Positions 1 through 9,245 of a stretch of DNA of 64,000 bases are shown piece after piece. Positions within the stretch are counted from its first letter, which is position 1. The number at the start of each line of letters is the position of its first letter. A program made the translations under genes and the position numbers. The stretch is from an uncultured Ruficoccus sp. (GTDB taxonomy: Bacteria; Verrucomicrobiota; Verrucomicrobiia; Opitutales; Cerasicoccaceae), in the NCBI GenBank assembly GCA_965140785.1, contig OZ223505.1:32001-96000 (forward strand), in the 5' to 3' direction. The notes under the pieces were generated by a model that did no database searches, was not told the DNA's origin, and saw nothing but the letters and a program-made list of their open reading frames with translations.

Positions 1-2
1 GG

Positions 3-374
3 AAGGCCGGACTGCTCTTTAAGCTGGAGAAGAAGTGGGTGCGGCTCTTCATGTGGCTGCTGGTCTTCTCAGTCTTCATCCCGCAAATCGCCAACCAGGC
101 CGGGTGGTTTACGGCCGAGATGGGGCGCCAGCCGTGGATCGTTTACGAGGTGCTGCAAACCTCCGAGGGGCTCTCCCAGGCCGTCAAGGCACACCAGGTG
201 CTCAGCTCGCTGATCGGCTTCTTCCTCATCTACACGCTGCTGCTCCTTGTCTTTCTCTACACACTGGACCGGAAAATCAAACACGGCCCGAAGGACGACG
301 AGTCCATCGAGGTGCTGCCTGAGCGCTGGCAGAAGCTCGTCAAGGTCGAGCACGGCCCAACCATGGACGAATAA
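3..374 (+). CDS. cydA: Cytochrome bd ubiquinol oxidase subunit I, C-terminal part (5' truncated by window)
   Basis: ANQAGWFTAEMGRQPWIVY matches the CydA GWxxxExGRQPW motif; directly upstream of cydB. Confidence 0.95.
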   Translation, partial: KAGLLFKLEKKWVRLFMWLLVFSVFIPQIANQAGWFTAEMGRQPWIVYEVLQTSEGLSQAVKAHQVLSSLIGFFLIYTLLLLVFLYTLDRKIKHGPKDDESIEVLPERWQKLVKVEHGPTMDE

Positions 375-395
375 CAACGATCGGCATCGGACATT

Positions 396-1415
396 ATGGA
401 TCTGAACACCATCTGGTTTATCCTCGTCGGGATTCTTCTTACCGGCTACGCCATGCTCGACGGCTTTGACCTGGGCGTGGGGGGACTTCATCTCTTTATC
501 AAGGACGACAAGGAGCGGCGCCTGTTGCTCAATGCCATCGGCCCGGTCTGGGACGGGAACGAAGTGTGGCTGGTGACCGGGGGCGGGGCGCTCTTCGCCG
601 CTTTCCCCGAAGTGTACGCGACGGCCTTCTCCGGCTTTTACGACGCATTCATCCTGCTGTTGTTCTGCCTGATTTTCCGCGCCTGCGCGATCGAGTTTCG
701 CAGTAAGGAGCCGGGCCGCCTCTGGCGCCGCTGCTGGGACTGGGGCTTCGCCGTGGGCAGCATGCTGGCCGCCTTCCTCATCGGGGTGGCCATGGGCAAC
801 GTCACCTGGGGCATTCCGCTGGATGTCAACCACGAGTTCACCGGCAACTTCCTGGGCCTGCTGCATCCCTACGCGCTCTTCCTCGGCGTGACGACCCTGG
901 CGCTCTTCATGATGCACGGGAACATCTACCTCATCATGAAGACCGAGGGCGACCTGCAGGAGAAGCTCAAGCGCTGGGTCAAGATCACCATCCCGGTCTA
1001 TATCTTCTGCTTCATTGTTTTCAACGTCTGGACGATCTTCGCCTGCCCGCACATCGAGAGCGCCCTGGAGCGACGCCCGATTGAGCTGGGCATCGTCTTC
1101 GTGCTGGCGCTGCTGGTGGTGGCGAACATCCCGCGCGAGGTGCACAAGGGCCGCTACTTCCTGTCCTTCCTCAGTTCCTGTGCCGGAATGGGGCTGCTTA
1201 TGCTGCTCTTCGCCCTGAGCGTGTACCCGAACATGATCTTCTCGAACCCGAACGTGGAAAACAGCCTCAACATTTATAACGGCTCCTCTTCCGAGAACAC
1301 GCTCAGGATCATGTTCTGGATCGCGATTATCGGCGTGCCGATCGTGATCACCTACACCTCGTGCGTGTATTACATCTTCCGCGGCAAGGTGAAATTGACC
1401 GAAGAAAGCTACTGA
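396..1415 (+). CDS. cydB: Cytochrome bd ubiquinol oxidase subunit II
   Basis: LDGFDLGVG and IGPVWDGNEVWLV motifs; multiple TM helices; C-terminal YYIFRGKV. Confidence 0.96.
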   Translation: MDLNTIWFILVGILLTGYAMLDGFDLGVGGLHLFIKDDKERRLLLNAIGPVWDGNEVWLVTGGGALFAAFPEVYATAFSGFYDAFILLLFCLIFRACAIEFRSKEPGRLWRRCWDWGFAVGSMLAAFLIGVAMGNVTWGIPLDVNHEFTGNFLGLLHPYALFLGVTTLALFMMHGNIYLIMKTEGDLQEKLKRWVKITIPVYIFCFIVFNVWTIFACPHIESALERRPIELGIVFVLALLVVANIPREVHKGRYFLSFLSSCAGMGLLMLLFALSVYPNMIFSNPNVENSLNIYNGSSSENTLRIMFWIAIIGVPIVITYTSCVYYIFRGKVKLTEESY

Positions 1416-1478
1416 CGGGGCCTGACATAGGTTATTTTTGCGGATTTTCTCCGGTCAATCCGAGGTGAGCCCTTGCAA

Positions 1479-1494
1479 CGGCACGCGAGTTGCT
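1479..1494 (+). promoter_or_regulatory. Putative sigma-54 (-24/-12) promoter
   Basis: cGGcacgcgagttGCt: GG-N10-GC spacing, close to consensus TGGCACG-N4-TTGCW, 24 nt before the ATG at 1518. Confidence 0.7.
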
Positions 1495-1517
1495 ATTAGT
1501 TAAGGCCTTACCCACGC

Positions 1518-2957
1518 ATGCATTTTGAGAACTACAAAACGGACGACTTTTTTGATGAAATGTTCGAGGCGCCCGGCAAGGTCCGCCCGCACTATGAGAT
1601 GCTCGCCGAGCGTTTCGACCGGCTGAACGACGAGCAGTTCGAGGAGAAGCGGCAGGCCGTGGATCTGTCCTTCCTGCGAGCCGGGGTCACCTTCACGGTT
1701 TACAGCGATAATCAGGGCACGGAGCGCATCATGCCCTTCGACTTGATCCCGCGGGTCATTCCCGCCGAGGAGTGGGACCTGCTTGAGCGCGGCCTCAAGC
1801 AGCGTCTGGAGGCGCTCAACCTCTTCCTGCACGACATTTACCACGACCAGAAGATTTTAAAGGACAACGTCATCCCGCCCAGCTACGTGCTCAGCTCGAA
1901 GGATTTCCGGCGGGAAATGGTCGGGGTGGACGTTCCGCGCGACATTTATATCCACATCTGCGGCACGGACCTGATCCGCGATGACAAGGGCCAGTACCTC
2001 GTGCTGGAGGACAATGGCCGCTGCCCCTCCGGCGTCTCCTACGTGCTGGAGAACCGGGCCGCCATGCGCCGGGCCTTCCCGAATCTCTTTCCCACCGCCG
2101 GGGTCCGACCGGTCGAGCACTACGCCGAGGACCTGCTAAAGATGTTGAAATACATCTCGCCGGTGCAGGATCGTGAGCCCACCGTGGCCATCCTCACCCC
2201 AGGCGTGTACAACAGCGCCTACTTCGAGCACTGCTTCCTGGCCCGCCAGATGGGGGTCGAGATCGTCGAGGGACGCGACCTCGTCGTGCGCGACTACAAG
2301 GTCTTCATGCGCACGACCAAGGGCCTGCAGCAGGTGGACGTGATTTACCGCCGCATCAACGACGAGTTCCTCGACCCGAGTGTGTTCAACTCCGAGTCCC
2401 TGCTCGGCGTGCCCGGCCTGCTCAACGCCGTGCGCGCGGGCAACATCGGCCTGGCCAACGCCATCGGCACCGGGGTGGCCGACGACAAGGTCATGTACTA
2501 CTTCGTGCCGCGCATGATCAAGTACTACCTCGACCAGGACCCGATCCTGCCCAACGTCAAAACCTACCTGCCCTCGGAAAAGGAGGACTACGACTTTGTC
2601 ATCAACAACCTCGACAAGCTCGTGGTCAAGGCGGCCAACGAGGCCGGCGGCTACGGCATGCTGATGGGCCCCTGGGCCTCGAAGGAGGAGATCGCCCTGT
2701 TCCACGACGCGGTCAAGGCCAACCCGCGCAACTACATCGCGCAGAACCCGATTTCACTCTCGCGGCATCCTACCTATTGCGGCGAAGCCGGCTTCGAGGG
2801 GCGGCACATCGACCTGCGCCCGTACATCATCTGCGGCGAGGACATCAAGATCACCCCCGGCGGGCTCACCCGCGTGGCCCTGCGCAAGGGCTCACTCGTC
2901 GTCAACTCCTCCCAGGGCGGCGGTGCTAAGGACACCTGGGTGATGTATAAGAAGTAA
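1518..2957 (+). CDS. Circularly permuted type 2 ATP-grasp protein
   Basis: [63 protein letters not shown] motifs; paired with an alpha-E gene. Confidence 0.93.
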   Translation: MHFENYKTDDFFDEMFEAPGKVRPHYEMLAERFDRLNDEQFEEKRQAVDLSFLRAGVTFTVYSDNQGTERIMPFDLIPRVIPAEEWDLLERGLKQRLEALNLFLHDIYHDQKILKDNVIPPSYVLSSKDFRREMVGVDVPRDIYIHICGTDLIRDDKGQYLVLEDNGRCPSGVSYVLENRAAMRRAFPNLFPTAGVRPVEHYAEDLLKMLKYISPVQDREPTVAILTPGVYNSAYFEHCFLARQMGVEIVEGRDLVVRDYKVFMRTTKGLQQVDVIYRRINDEFLDPSVFNSESLLGVPGLLNAVRAGNIGLANAIGTGVADDKVMYYFVPRMIKYYLDQDPILPNVKTYLPSEKEDYDFVINNLDKLVVKAANEAGGYGMLMGPWASKEEIALFHDAVKANPRNYIAQNPISLSRHPTYCGEAGFEGRHIDLRPYIICGEDIKITPGGLTRVALRKGSLVVNSSQGGGAKDTWVMYKK

Positions 2958-2961
2958 AGGG

Positions 2962-3156
2962 TCAAATGGCTGAATGGCTAAAGGGTTGTGGTAAGATATG
3001 CTCACGGGTCGCCATTCGCAGATTGTGTCTTGTCCATACAGCTTTTTTATGTTCTTCCGGTTGCCAGATGTACTCAAACGCAGGCACGCAAACTATCTAT
3101 CCGTTCGGCCACTAGATTCTCTAACCATTCAGTTATTTAACTATTTAGCCATTTAA
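2962..3156. repeat. Element with inverted arms of 8-nt periodicity
   Basis: Left arm tcaaatggctgaatggctaaagggttg; right arm taaccatt-cagttatt-taactatt-tagccatt-taa is its imperfect reverse complement. Confidence 0.7.
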
Positions 3157-3162
3157 TCCCCC

Positions 3163-4170
3163 ATGCTTTCCCGCGTCGCAGACTCAATTTACTGGATGGC
3201 CCGCTACATTGAACGGGCCGAGAACATCGCCCGCCTGGTCGAAGTCAACCTGCAGCTCCTGCTCGACTTCCAGGACGTGGACGATGCCAAGCTCAAGGAG
3301 CACTGGGACCCGCTCATTCGCTCCACCGGGGACGAGAAACGCTTTTACGCCAAGTATGAGAAGGCCAACAGCGAGAACGTGCTGGAGTTTCTCACCTTCG
3401 AGCTGGAGAACCCCAACTCGGTCCTCTCCTGCGTGTTCAACGCCCGCGAAAACGCCCGCATGGTGCGCGACCAGATCACCTTCGAGATGTGGGAGACGCT
3501 GAACAAGCTCTACCTCTTTCTCAAGTCCGGACGGGCGCGTCAGCTTTACCAGTCCGACGTGCACGAGTTCTACCAGCAGATCAAGGAGCACTCGCACCTC
3601 TTTCAGGGGCTGGCCCACGCCACCGTTTCACGCGACGAGGGCTACGACTTTATCCAGATCGGCACCTACATCGAGCGCGCCGACAAGACCACGCGTATCC
3701 TCGACATCAAGTACCACATGCTCCTGCCCAGCGTGACCGACGTGGGCGGCGCGGTGGACGTGACGCAATGGACCGCCGTCCTGCGCTCGGCCAGTGCCTA
3801 CGAGGCCTACCATCAGCGCTACGTCGCCGATGTCAATCCGGGCAAAATCGCCGAGCTGCTCATCTACTCGGAGACTTTTCCGCGCTCCATCCGCTACTGC
3901 GTGCAGGAGCTCAACTACTGGCTGCACCAGGTCTCCGGCTGCGCCCTGGCCAACTACTCCAATGAGGCCGAGCGCCTCTGCGGACGCTTGCTTTCCGAGC
4001 TCAACTACGGTTCGGTCGAGGAAGTCTTTCAGGAGGGGCTGCATGAGTACCTGGACCGCATCCAGGACCGCCTGAACGAGATCGGCGGCTCCACCTACAA
4101 GGCCTACATGTTCCTCCCGCCCGTCGATATGAAGGGCGAGATCCAGGTCCAGCAGCAACAGCAGCAGTAG
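3163..4170 (+). CDS. Alpha-E domain protein with C-terminal poly-Gln
   Basis: MLSRVADSIYWMARYIERAENIAR and IERADKTTR (ER motifs); ends QVQQQQQQ. Confidence 0.92.
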   Translation: MLSRVADSIYWMARYIERAENIARLVEVNLQLLLDFQDVDDAKLKEHWDPLIRSTGDEKRFYAKYEKANSENVLEFLTFELENPNSVLSCVFNARENARMVRDQITFEMWETLNKLYLFLKSGRARQLYQSDVHEFYQQIKEHSHLFQGLAHATVSRDEGYDFIQIGTYIERADKTTRILDIKYHMLLPSVTDVGGAVDVTQWTAVLRSASAYEAYHQRYVADVNPGKIAELLIYSETFPRSIRYCVQELNYWLHQVSGCALANYSNEAERLCGRLLSELNYGSVEEVFQEGLHEYLDRIQDRLNEIGGSTYKAYMFLPPVDMKGEIQVQQQQQQ

Positions 4171-4260
4171 CCAGGTCTTTTTAAGTTCAGCTCTTGGGAC
4201 GCACCGGCAACGGTTGTTAAGGGTTGTCGTGGGTAGTCGCTCTTATGTAATGATGTGCCC

Positions 4261-4887
4261 ATGAAATCGCTCCTGCTGCTGTCCGGCCTGTACTCGATGC
4301 TGGTGCTTTGCGCTCACGCCAAGGAGATCGATTATCCGGGGCAGGGAATCACGTTTGAGTTGACGGTGACACCGTATGCGCCGCCTGTGGTGATCGCGGA
4401 CGGGCAGGTCGAGGATTGGCCGCTGGCGCCGGAGTGGTGGCCCGCCTACGATGCCCAGGTGAACTTCCGCGACGGGCGCAGTTACGAGGAGTGGGCCCGG
4501 TACTTCACTCCGCGTGCGTTGGAGGCCCGGCGAGCTAGCCCGACGGCTTTTGAAAACATGCGGCAGCGCCCGCCGAACGCGTTTACGAATCCGCCGTTGC
4601 GCACCGCGCTTTATCAGGTCGAGGTCGGATGGGACGGGCGGCGTGTGCTGCTCGTGCCGGTGGTGAATCTCCGCGTGGAGACCGTGCCGGAAGACCTGAG
4701 CGAACTCGGTGTGCCGGTCAACGTGCTCGTCTTCGAGCAGGCGGCGGACGGCACCTGGCAGAACCAGTTGCCCCGCGCGGTGGGTTTTGTCATGGAAATT
4801 CCCTACAAATACCCGGCCAAGCTCGAAGCCATCCTGCGGGCCGGAGCCGTGACCTACGACCACGGGATGAAGCCGCTGAGCCAGTAG
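4261..4887 (+). CDS. Hypothetical secreted protein
   Basis: Signal peptide MKSLLLLSGLYSMLVLCAHA; no recognised domain. Confidence 0.65.
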   Translation: MKSLLLLSGLYSMLVLCAHAKEIDYPGQGITFELTVTPYAPPVVIADGQVEDWPLAPEWWPAYDAQVNFRDGRSYEEWARYFTPRALEARRASPTAFENMRQRPPNAFTNPPLRTALYQVEVGWDGRRVLLVPVVNLRVETVPEDLSELGVPVNVLVFEQAADGTWQNQLPRAVGFVMEIPYKYPAKLEAILRAGAVTYDHGMKPLSQ

Positions 4888-4979
4888 TCGCAATCAATAC
4901 GCGGCGTCGGTTATTCGGTCAGAAATCGATTGCTCTCACAAAGAGACCAAGAGCACCATGGCGTTAGCCGAGAGCATAT

Positions 4980-5016
4980 AAAAAACAGCCGTGGACGCTG
5001 GGCGCATCCACGGCTG
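4980..5016 (-). terminator. Intrinsic terminator downstream of ilvB
   Basis: cagccgtgga...tccacggctg stem followed by a T-run on the minus strand. Confidence 0.7.
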
Positions 5017-5076
5017 GGGTAAAATCGGTTGTTCCTTCTGGCGGTGCCTATCCGAGACCCTGACTCCGTTTCCGGG

Positions 5077-5154
5077 GTAGGAGCCTTTCTGGCTCCGTAG
5101 GGGCGCAGCCCCTTAGTGATCCGCAGGATCACAGGTGCAGGACCTTGTCCTGCC
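5077..5154. repeat. Cluster of four short palindromes, two of them GTAG-REP-like
   Basis: gtaggagcctttctggctcc, gtaggggcgcagcccct, gtgatccgcaggatcac, gcaggaccttgtcctgc, nearly back to back. Confidence 0.55.
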
Positions 5155-6929
5155 TATTCGGTAAGGATGTCCTTGGCGGACTTTTTCTGCGGGATGAACG
5201 GCAGCACGTGCTCGGAGTAGGGGATGAGCACGTCGAGGACGTAGGGGCCGTCGTGTTCGAGCATCTCCTTGATGGCCGGGCGCAGGTCTTCCTTTTTGTA
5301 AATCTTGCGTCCGGCGATGCCGAAGCCCTTGGCGACGGTGACAAAGTCCGGATAGACGGCGTCGAGGTTGTCGGGGCTGCCGATGTTGTTGGGGTCGCAC
5401 AGGACAGTGTGGCCGCGGACGCCGTCGTAGAAGCGGTCTTCCCACTGCACGACCATGCCCAGGTGCTGGTTGTTGAGAATCATGATCTTGGCGTCGATCT
5501 TTTCGACCTTGGCCGTGGCCAGTTCCTGAATGTTCATCATGATCGAGCCGTCGCCCTCGATGTTGACAACGGTCTTGTCCGGGAAGGCGACCTTGGCGCC
5601 GAGGGCGGCGGGCAGGCCGAAGCCCATCGTGCCCAGCCCGAGCGAGCTGATGAAGCAGCGCGGCTCCTTAAAGTGGTAGTATTGCGGCGCCCACATCTGG
5701 TGCTGGCCCACGCCGGTGGCGATGATGGCGTCCCCGTGCGTTTCCTCGTAGAGGACCTTGACGGCGTCCTGGGCGAGGATGTGCTTGTTCTCCTTGTAGG
5801 TGAAGGGGTAGGGGTGCTCTTTTTTCCAACCGTTGATGGTGGTGTACCAGGCCGAGAGATCGGGCTTGGTGAAGCCGCCGGTCTTGATCAGCTCGATCAT
5901 ACGCTTGAGGGCGTACTTGAGATCGGTGTGGATCGGGTAGTGGGTGGGCTTGTTTTTGTTGTGCTCCGAGCGGTCGATGTCGAAGTGAACGATCGTGGCG
6001 TCGGGGGCGAACTTGGAAACAGTGCCGGTGATGCGGTCGTCGAAGCGCGCACCGACGCAGATGAGCAGGTCGGAGTCGCAGACGGCCCAGTTACCCGCGA
6101 CGGTTCCGTGCATGCCGAACCAGTACAGGCTCTGCGGGTCGTCCGGCGGGAAGGCGCCCAGGCCCATCAGGGTCGAGGCCACAGGGATGCCGGTGAGTTT
6201 GGCGAACTCGCGCAGCTCGTCCGAGGCGTGGGCGGAGATGACGCCGCCGCCAGTGTAAAGGGCCGGTTGCTTCGACTCGGCGATAAGGTCGAGCACCTGC
6301 TTGAGATCCTCGTCGCTGGCATGGGGCAGCGGCGGGTAGCCGGGGATATCGACCGCGCCGGGGAAGACCGGCTCGAAGACCTTCTGCTGGACGTCCTTGG
6401 GGATGTCGATCACGACCGGGCCGGGGCGGCCCGTGGTGGCGATGATGAAGGCCTTCTTGATGATCATGGGCAGCTCCTCGGCCTCAAGGACGAGGAAGCT
6501 GTGCTTCACCACCGGCAGGGTCATACCGAAAAAGTCCGTCTCTTGAAAGGCGCTTTTGCCAATAAACTCCTGGAAGACCTGCCCGGTGATGGCGATCAGC
6601 GGGATGGAGTCCATGAAGGCGTCGGCGATGCAGGTGATCAGGTTGGTCGCGCCGGGGCCGCTGGTGGCCATGCAGACGCCGGCCTTGCCGGTGGCACGGG
6701 CGTAGCCGTGGGCCATGAAGCCGCCGCCCTGCTCGTGGCGGGGCAGTACGGTGCGCAGTTTCTTGGCGCGGGTGAGGGCCTGGTGCAGCTCGATCGAGGC
6801 ACCGCCGGGATAGGCGAAGATTACATCTACCCCCTCGCGTTCCAGGCACTCGACGACGACGTCGGCACCCTTCATGGCGGGGCCTTTTTCGTCCTGTGAC
6901 GGGAAGTTGACAAGGGGTTCGGTCTTCAT
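5154..6929 (-). CDS. ilvB: Acetolactate synthase large (catalytic) subunit
   Basis: [40 protein letters not shown]-binding motif, [12 protein letters not shown]; start chosen at MKTEP. Confidence 0.95.
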   Translation of the reverse strand: MKTEPLVNFPSQDEKGPAMKGADVVVECLEREGVDVIFAYPGGASIELHQALTRAKKLRTVLPRHEQGGGFMAHGYARATGKAGVCMATSGPGATNLITCIADAFMDSIPLIAITGQVFQEFIGKSAFQETDFFGMTLPVVKHSFLVLEAEELPMIIKKAFIIATTGRPGPVVIDIPKDVQQKVFEPVFPGAVDIPGYPPLPHASDEDLKQVLDLIAESKQPALYTGGGVISAHASDELREFAKLTGIPVASTLMGLGAFPPDDPQSLYWFGMHGTVAGNWAVCDSDLLICVGARFDDRITGTVSKFAPDATIVHFDIDRSEHNKNKPTHYPIHTDLKYALKRMIELIKTGGFTKPDLSAWYTTINGWKKEHPYPFTYKENKHILAQDAVKVLYEETHGDAIIATGVGQHQMWAPQYYHFKEPRCFISSLGLGTMGFGLPAALGAKVAFPDKTVVNIEGDGSIMMNIQELATAKVEKIDAKIMILNNQHLGMVVQWEDRFYDGVRGHTVLCDPNNIGSPDNLDAVYPDFVTVAKGFGIAGRKIYKKEDLRPAIKEMLEHDGPYVLDVLIPYSEHVLPFIPQKKSAKDILTE

Positions 6930-7110
6930 GGTCTGGCTGAGTTGGTGGTTTGGGAGGGTCCGTCCGACGACTTCGAACGAACCGAAAATAAGGCGCAAAA
7001 GACTAGCTGTTGGGTGGTCGGAAGCAAGCGCGAAGTTTGCAGCGCTTCAGGCGGTGCCCTTCAATAAAACCTTGCGCCCGGGGGGTGGGGTGCGCTGTGC
7101 TCGTAAGGCT

Positions 7111-7899
7111 ATGCCGAAAGTACTGTTTATCGGGGATATCGTGGGTAAGCCCGGGCGTTCCTTTGTCACCCAACGCCTGCCGGACTTCCGCCAGGAGCGG
7201 GGGATTGACCTGGTCGTGGCCAACGGCGAGAACGCCGCGGCCGGCTCCGGGATCACCACGGCCATCGTCAAGGAGCTGCTGGCGGCCGGGGTCGACGGCA
7301 TCACCCTGGGGGACCATGTGTGGGACCAGCGCGGGTTCGCCGATGAGATCAACGGCTTGGACAAGGTCTGCCGCCCGGCCAACCTGCCGCCGCAGTGCCC
7401 CGGACGCACGCACCTGATTTTGGAGAAGGACGGCTTCCGGCTGGCGGTCTTTACCCTGCTGGGCAATAATTTCATGAAGCTGACCGCGGATTGCCCCTTC
7501 CGCACCGGGGACCGGCTGCTGGGCGATATCGGGGCCGGGGCCGACGCCGTGCTGATGGAGATCCACGCCGAGACGACCTCGGAAAAAGTGGCCTTCGGCT
7601 GGTACTTCGACGGGCGCGCCTCGGCGGTCATCGGTACGCACACACATATCCCGACGGCGGACAACACCATCCTGCCGCGCGGCACCGCCTACCAGACCGA
7701 CGCCGGGATGAGTGGGCCGTACCGCTCCGTACTCGGGCGCGAAGTCGAGCCCATCGTCTTAAAGTTCCTCGACGGCATGCCGCGGCGCTGGCCGGTGGCC
7801 GAGGGAGACGTGCGCCTGTGCGGCCTGCTGGTCGAGATCGATGCGGCCACCGGGCAGTGCACGAGCCAGGAACGCATCTGCCTGACGCCGGAAATTTGA
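7111..7899 (+). CDS. TIGR00282/YmdB family metallophosphoesterase
   Basis: [50 protein letters not shown]. Confidence 0.92.
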   Translation: MPKVLFIGDIVGKPGRSFVTQRLPDFRQERGIDLVVANGENAAAGSGITTAIVKELLAAGVDGITLGDHVWDQRGFADEINGLDKVCRPANLPPQCPGRTHLILEKDGFRLAVFTLLGNNFMKLTADCPFRTGDRLLGDIGAGADAVLMEIHAETTSEKVAFGWYFDGRASAVIGTHTHIPTADNTILPRGTAYQTDAGMSGPYRSVLGREVEPIVLKFLDGMPRRWPVAEGDVRLCGLLVEIDAATGQCTSQERICLTPEI

Positions 7900-7988
7900 A
7901 ACCTTCCGGAAAATGTAGTGTTATTTAAGGTAGCCTAAGCTTACACGCGTACGGCGTTGTTGGCGCGTTTTCCTATTATTCTTGTCCA

Positions 7989-9236
7989 CTGATAAAAGTT
8001 GCCCAGTTCGTCGCCGTTGGAGCGATAGTTGCTTGGACGGCACTGCCGGTGTCGGCGCTGATCCTGTACTCGGGTGACAACGCTGCCAACCAGACCGCCC
8101 CAGCCAACGGCGCTCCTTTTGATCAGGTGGGGAGCATTTGCGTTACCGTACCGACCTCTAACGGAAACGGCACGGCCATCCACTTGCGGGGGAAATACTT
8201 CCTGACGGCGAATCACGTGTATATCGGCGGGGGGAGAAGCGTCACTTTTGACGGACTCAGCTTTTATAAAATCGATGCGGCGTTCACGCCGGTGCGGATC
8301 TCGACGGCCTCCGATACGGTGGACATGAAGGTCTGCAAGCTGGTCGAGGACCCCGGCCTGAGTGAACTCGCGCTCAACACCAACACCAGCCAGGACCGCT
8401 CGTCGGCCACCACGAGTGTCATGGTCGGCTATGGCAAGGGGCGCGACACGGCGCAAGCGGATGAGACCGGTACGGAGCGAACCTGGGATTGGGGATCCAC
8501 CGGCACGACGGCCAAGCGCTGGGGGAGCAATACGGTCGAGGGAACCAACTCAATCTCCGGTATCGAAGATTACAACTACAGCTACGACGGCTTGGTCATT
8601 AAGATTGATGCTGAGGCGGGCAATGATGAAGCCGCCCTGGCCTTGGCCGATTCCGGCTCGCCGCTCTTTCAGCAGATTGGCGGGCAGTGGGTACTCTCCG
8701 GACTGGCGACCCTGGTCAGTAAAGACGGGAGCAGCACTTTCGGCGTTACCAGCGGGCTGGGGCCCTTGGCCACCTTTTCGGGCGACCAAAACTACTACGT
8801 GCGTATTTCCAGCTACGCCGCCGAGATCGAGGCGGCGCTGCCGGACCTTTCCACTTATGGCGGCTGGCTGACGGACAATTCCCTGAGCGGGGCGGATGCC
8901 GCCGAGGATGCAGATCCTGACGCCGACGGCATGACCAACCTCGAAGAGTTCGCCTACGGGAGCAATCCGTGCGCCTCGGACATCGGCCTGGGCCCGCAGG
9001 CCTCCGGCGTGGACGGCGATCTGGTCCTGACGTGGCAGCAGAGCGAGGTGCCCGCGGGGCTGAACTTTACCGTCGAGCAAACCGACGACCTGATGAACAC
9101 GCCCTTTGCCGCCTCCGGGCTGACGCCCGAGCAAGTCGGCCTGGACGGTGACATCAGTACCTGGCGGGTGACGTTGGCTCCGGCCAGCGGGCAGGCGTTC
9201 CTGCGCCTGGCGGTTACGTCGGCGGAGACGCCCTGA
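7989..9236 (+). CDS. Secreted trypsin-like serine protease with verrucomicrobial-type C-terminal region; probable non-canonical CTG start
   Basis: FLTANHV (His), DMKV (Asp), ADSGSPLF (Ser); C-terminal DPDADGMTNLEEFAYGSNP; in-frame signal peptide begins at CTG 7989, upstream of the GTG at 8049. Confidence 0.78.
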   Translation: MIKVAQFVAVGAIVAWTALPVSALILYSGDNAANQTAPANGAPFDQVGSICVTVPTSNGNGTAIHLRGKYFLTANHVYIGGGRSVTFDGLSFYKIDAAFTPVRISTASDTVDMKVCKLVEDPGLSELALNTNTSQDRSSATTSVMVGYGKGRDTAQADETGTERTWDWGSTGTTAKRWGSNTVEGTNSISGIEDYNYSYDGLVIKIDAEAGNDEAALALADSGSPLFQQIGGQWVLSGLATLVSKDGSSTFGVTSGLGPLATFSGDQNYYVRISSYAAEIEAALPDLSTYGGWLTDNSLSGADAAEDADPDADGMTNLEEFAYGSNPCASDIGLGPQASGVDGDLVLTWQQSEVPAGLNFTVEQTDDLMNTPFAASGLTPEQVGLDGDISTWRVTLAPASGQAFLRLAVTSAETP

Positions 9237-9245
9237 GCGCCCGGC

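Noticed and set aside
6930..7110. Branched-chain amino acid attenuator upstream of ilvB
   Set aside because: No Ile/Leu/Val-rich leader peptide or terminator/antiterminator pair was found in the short divergent spacer.
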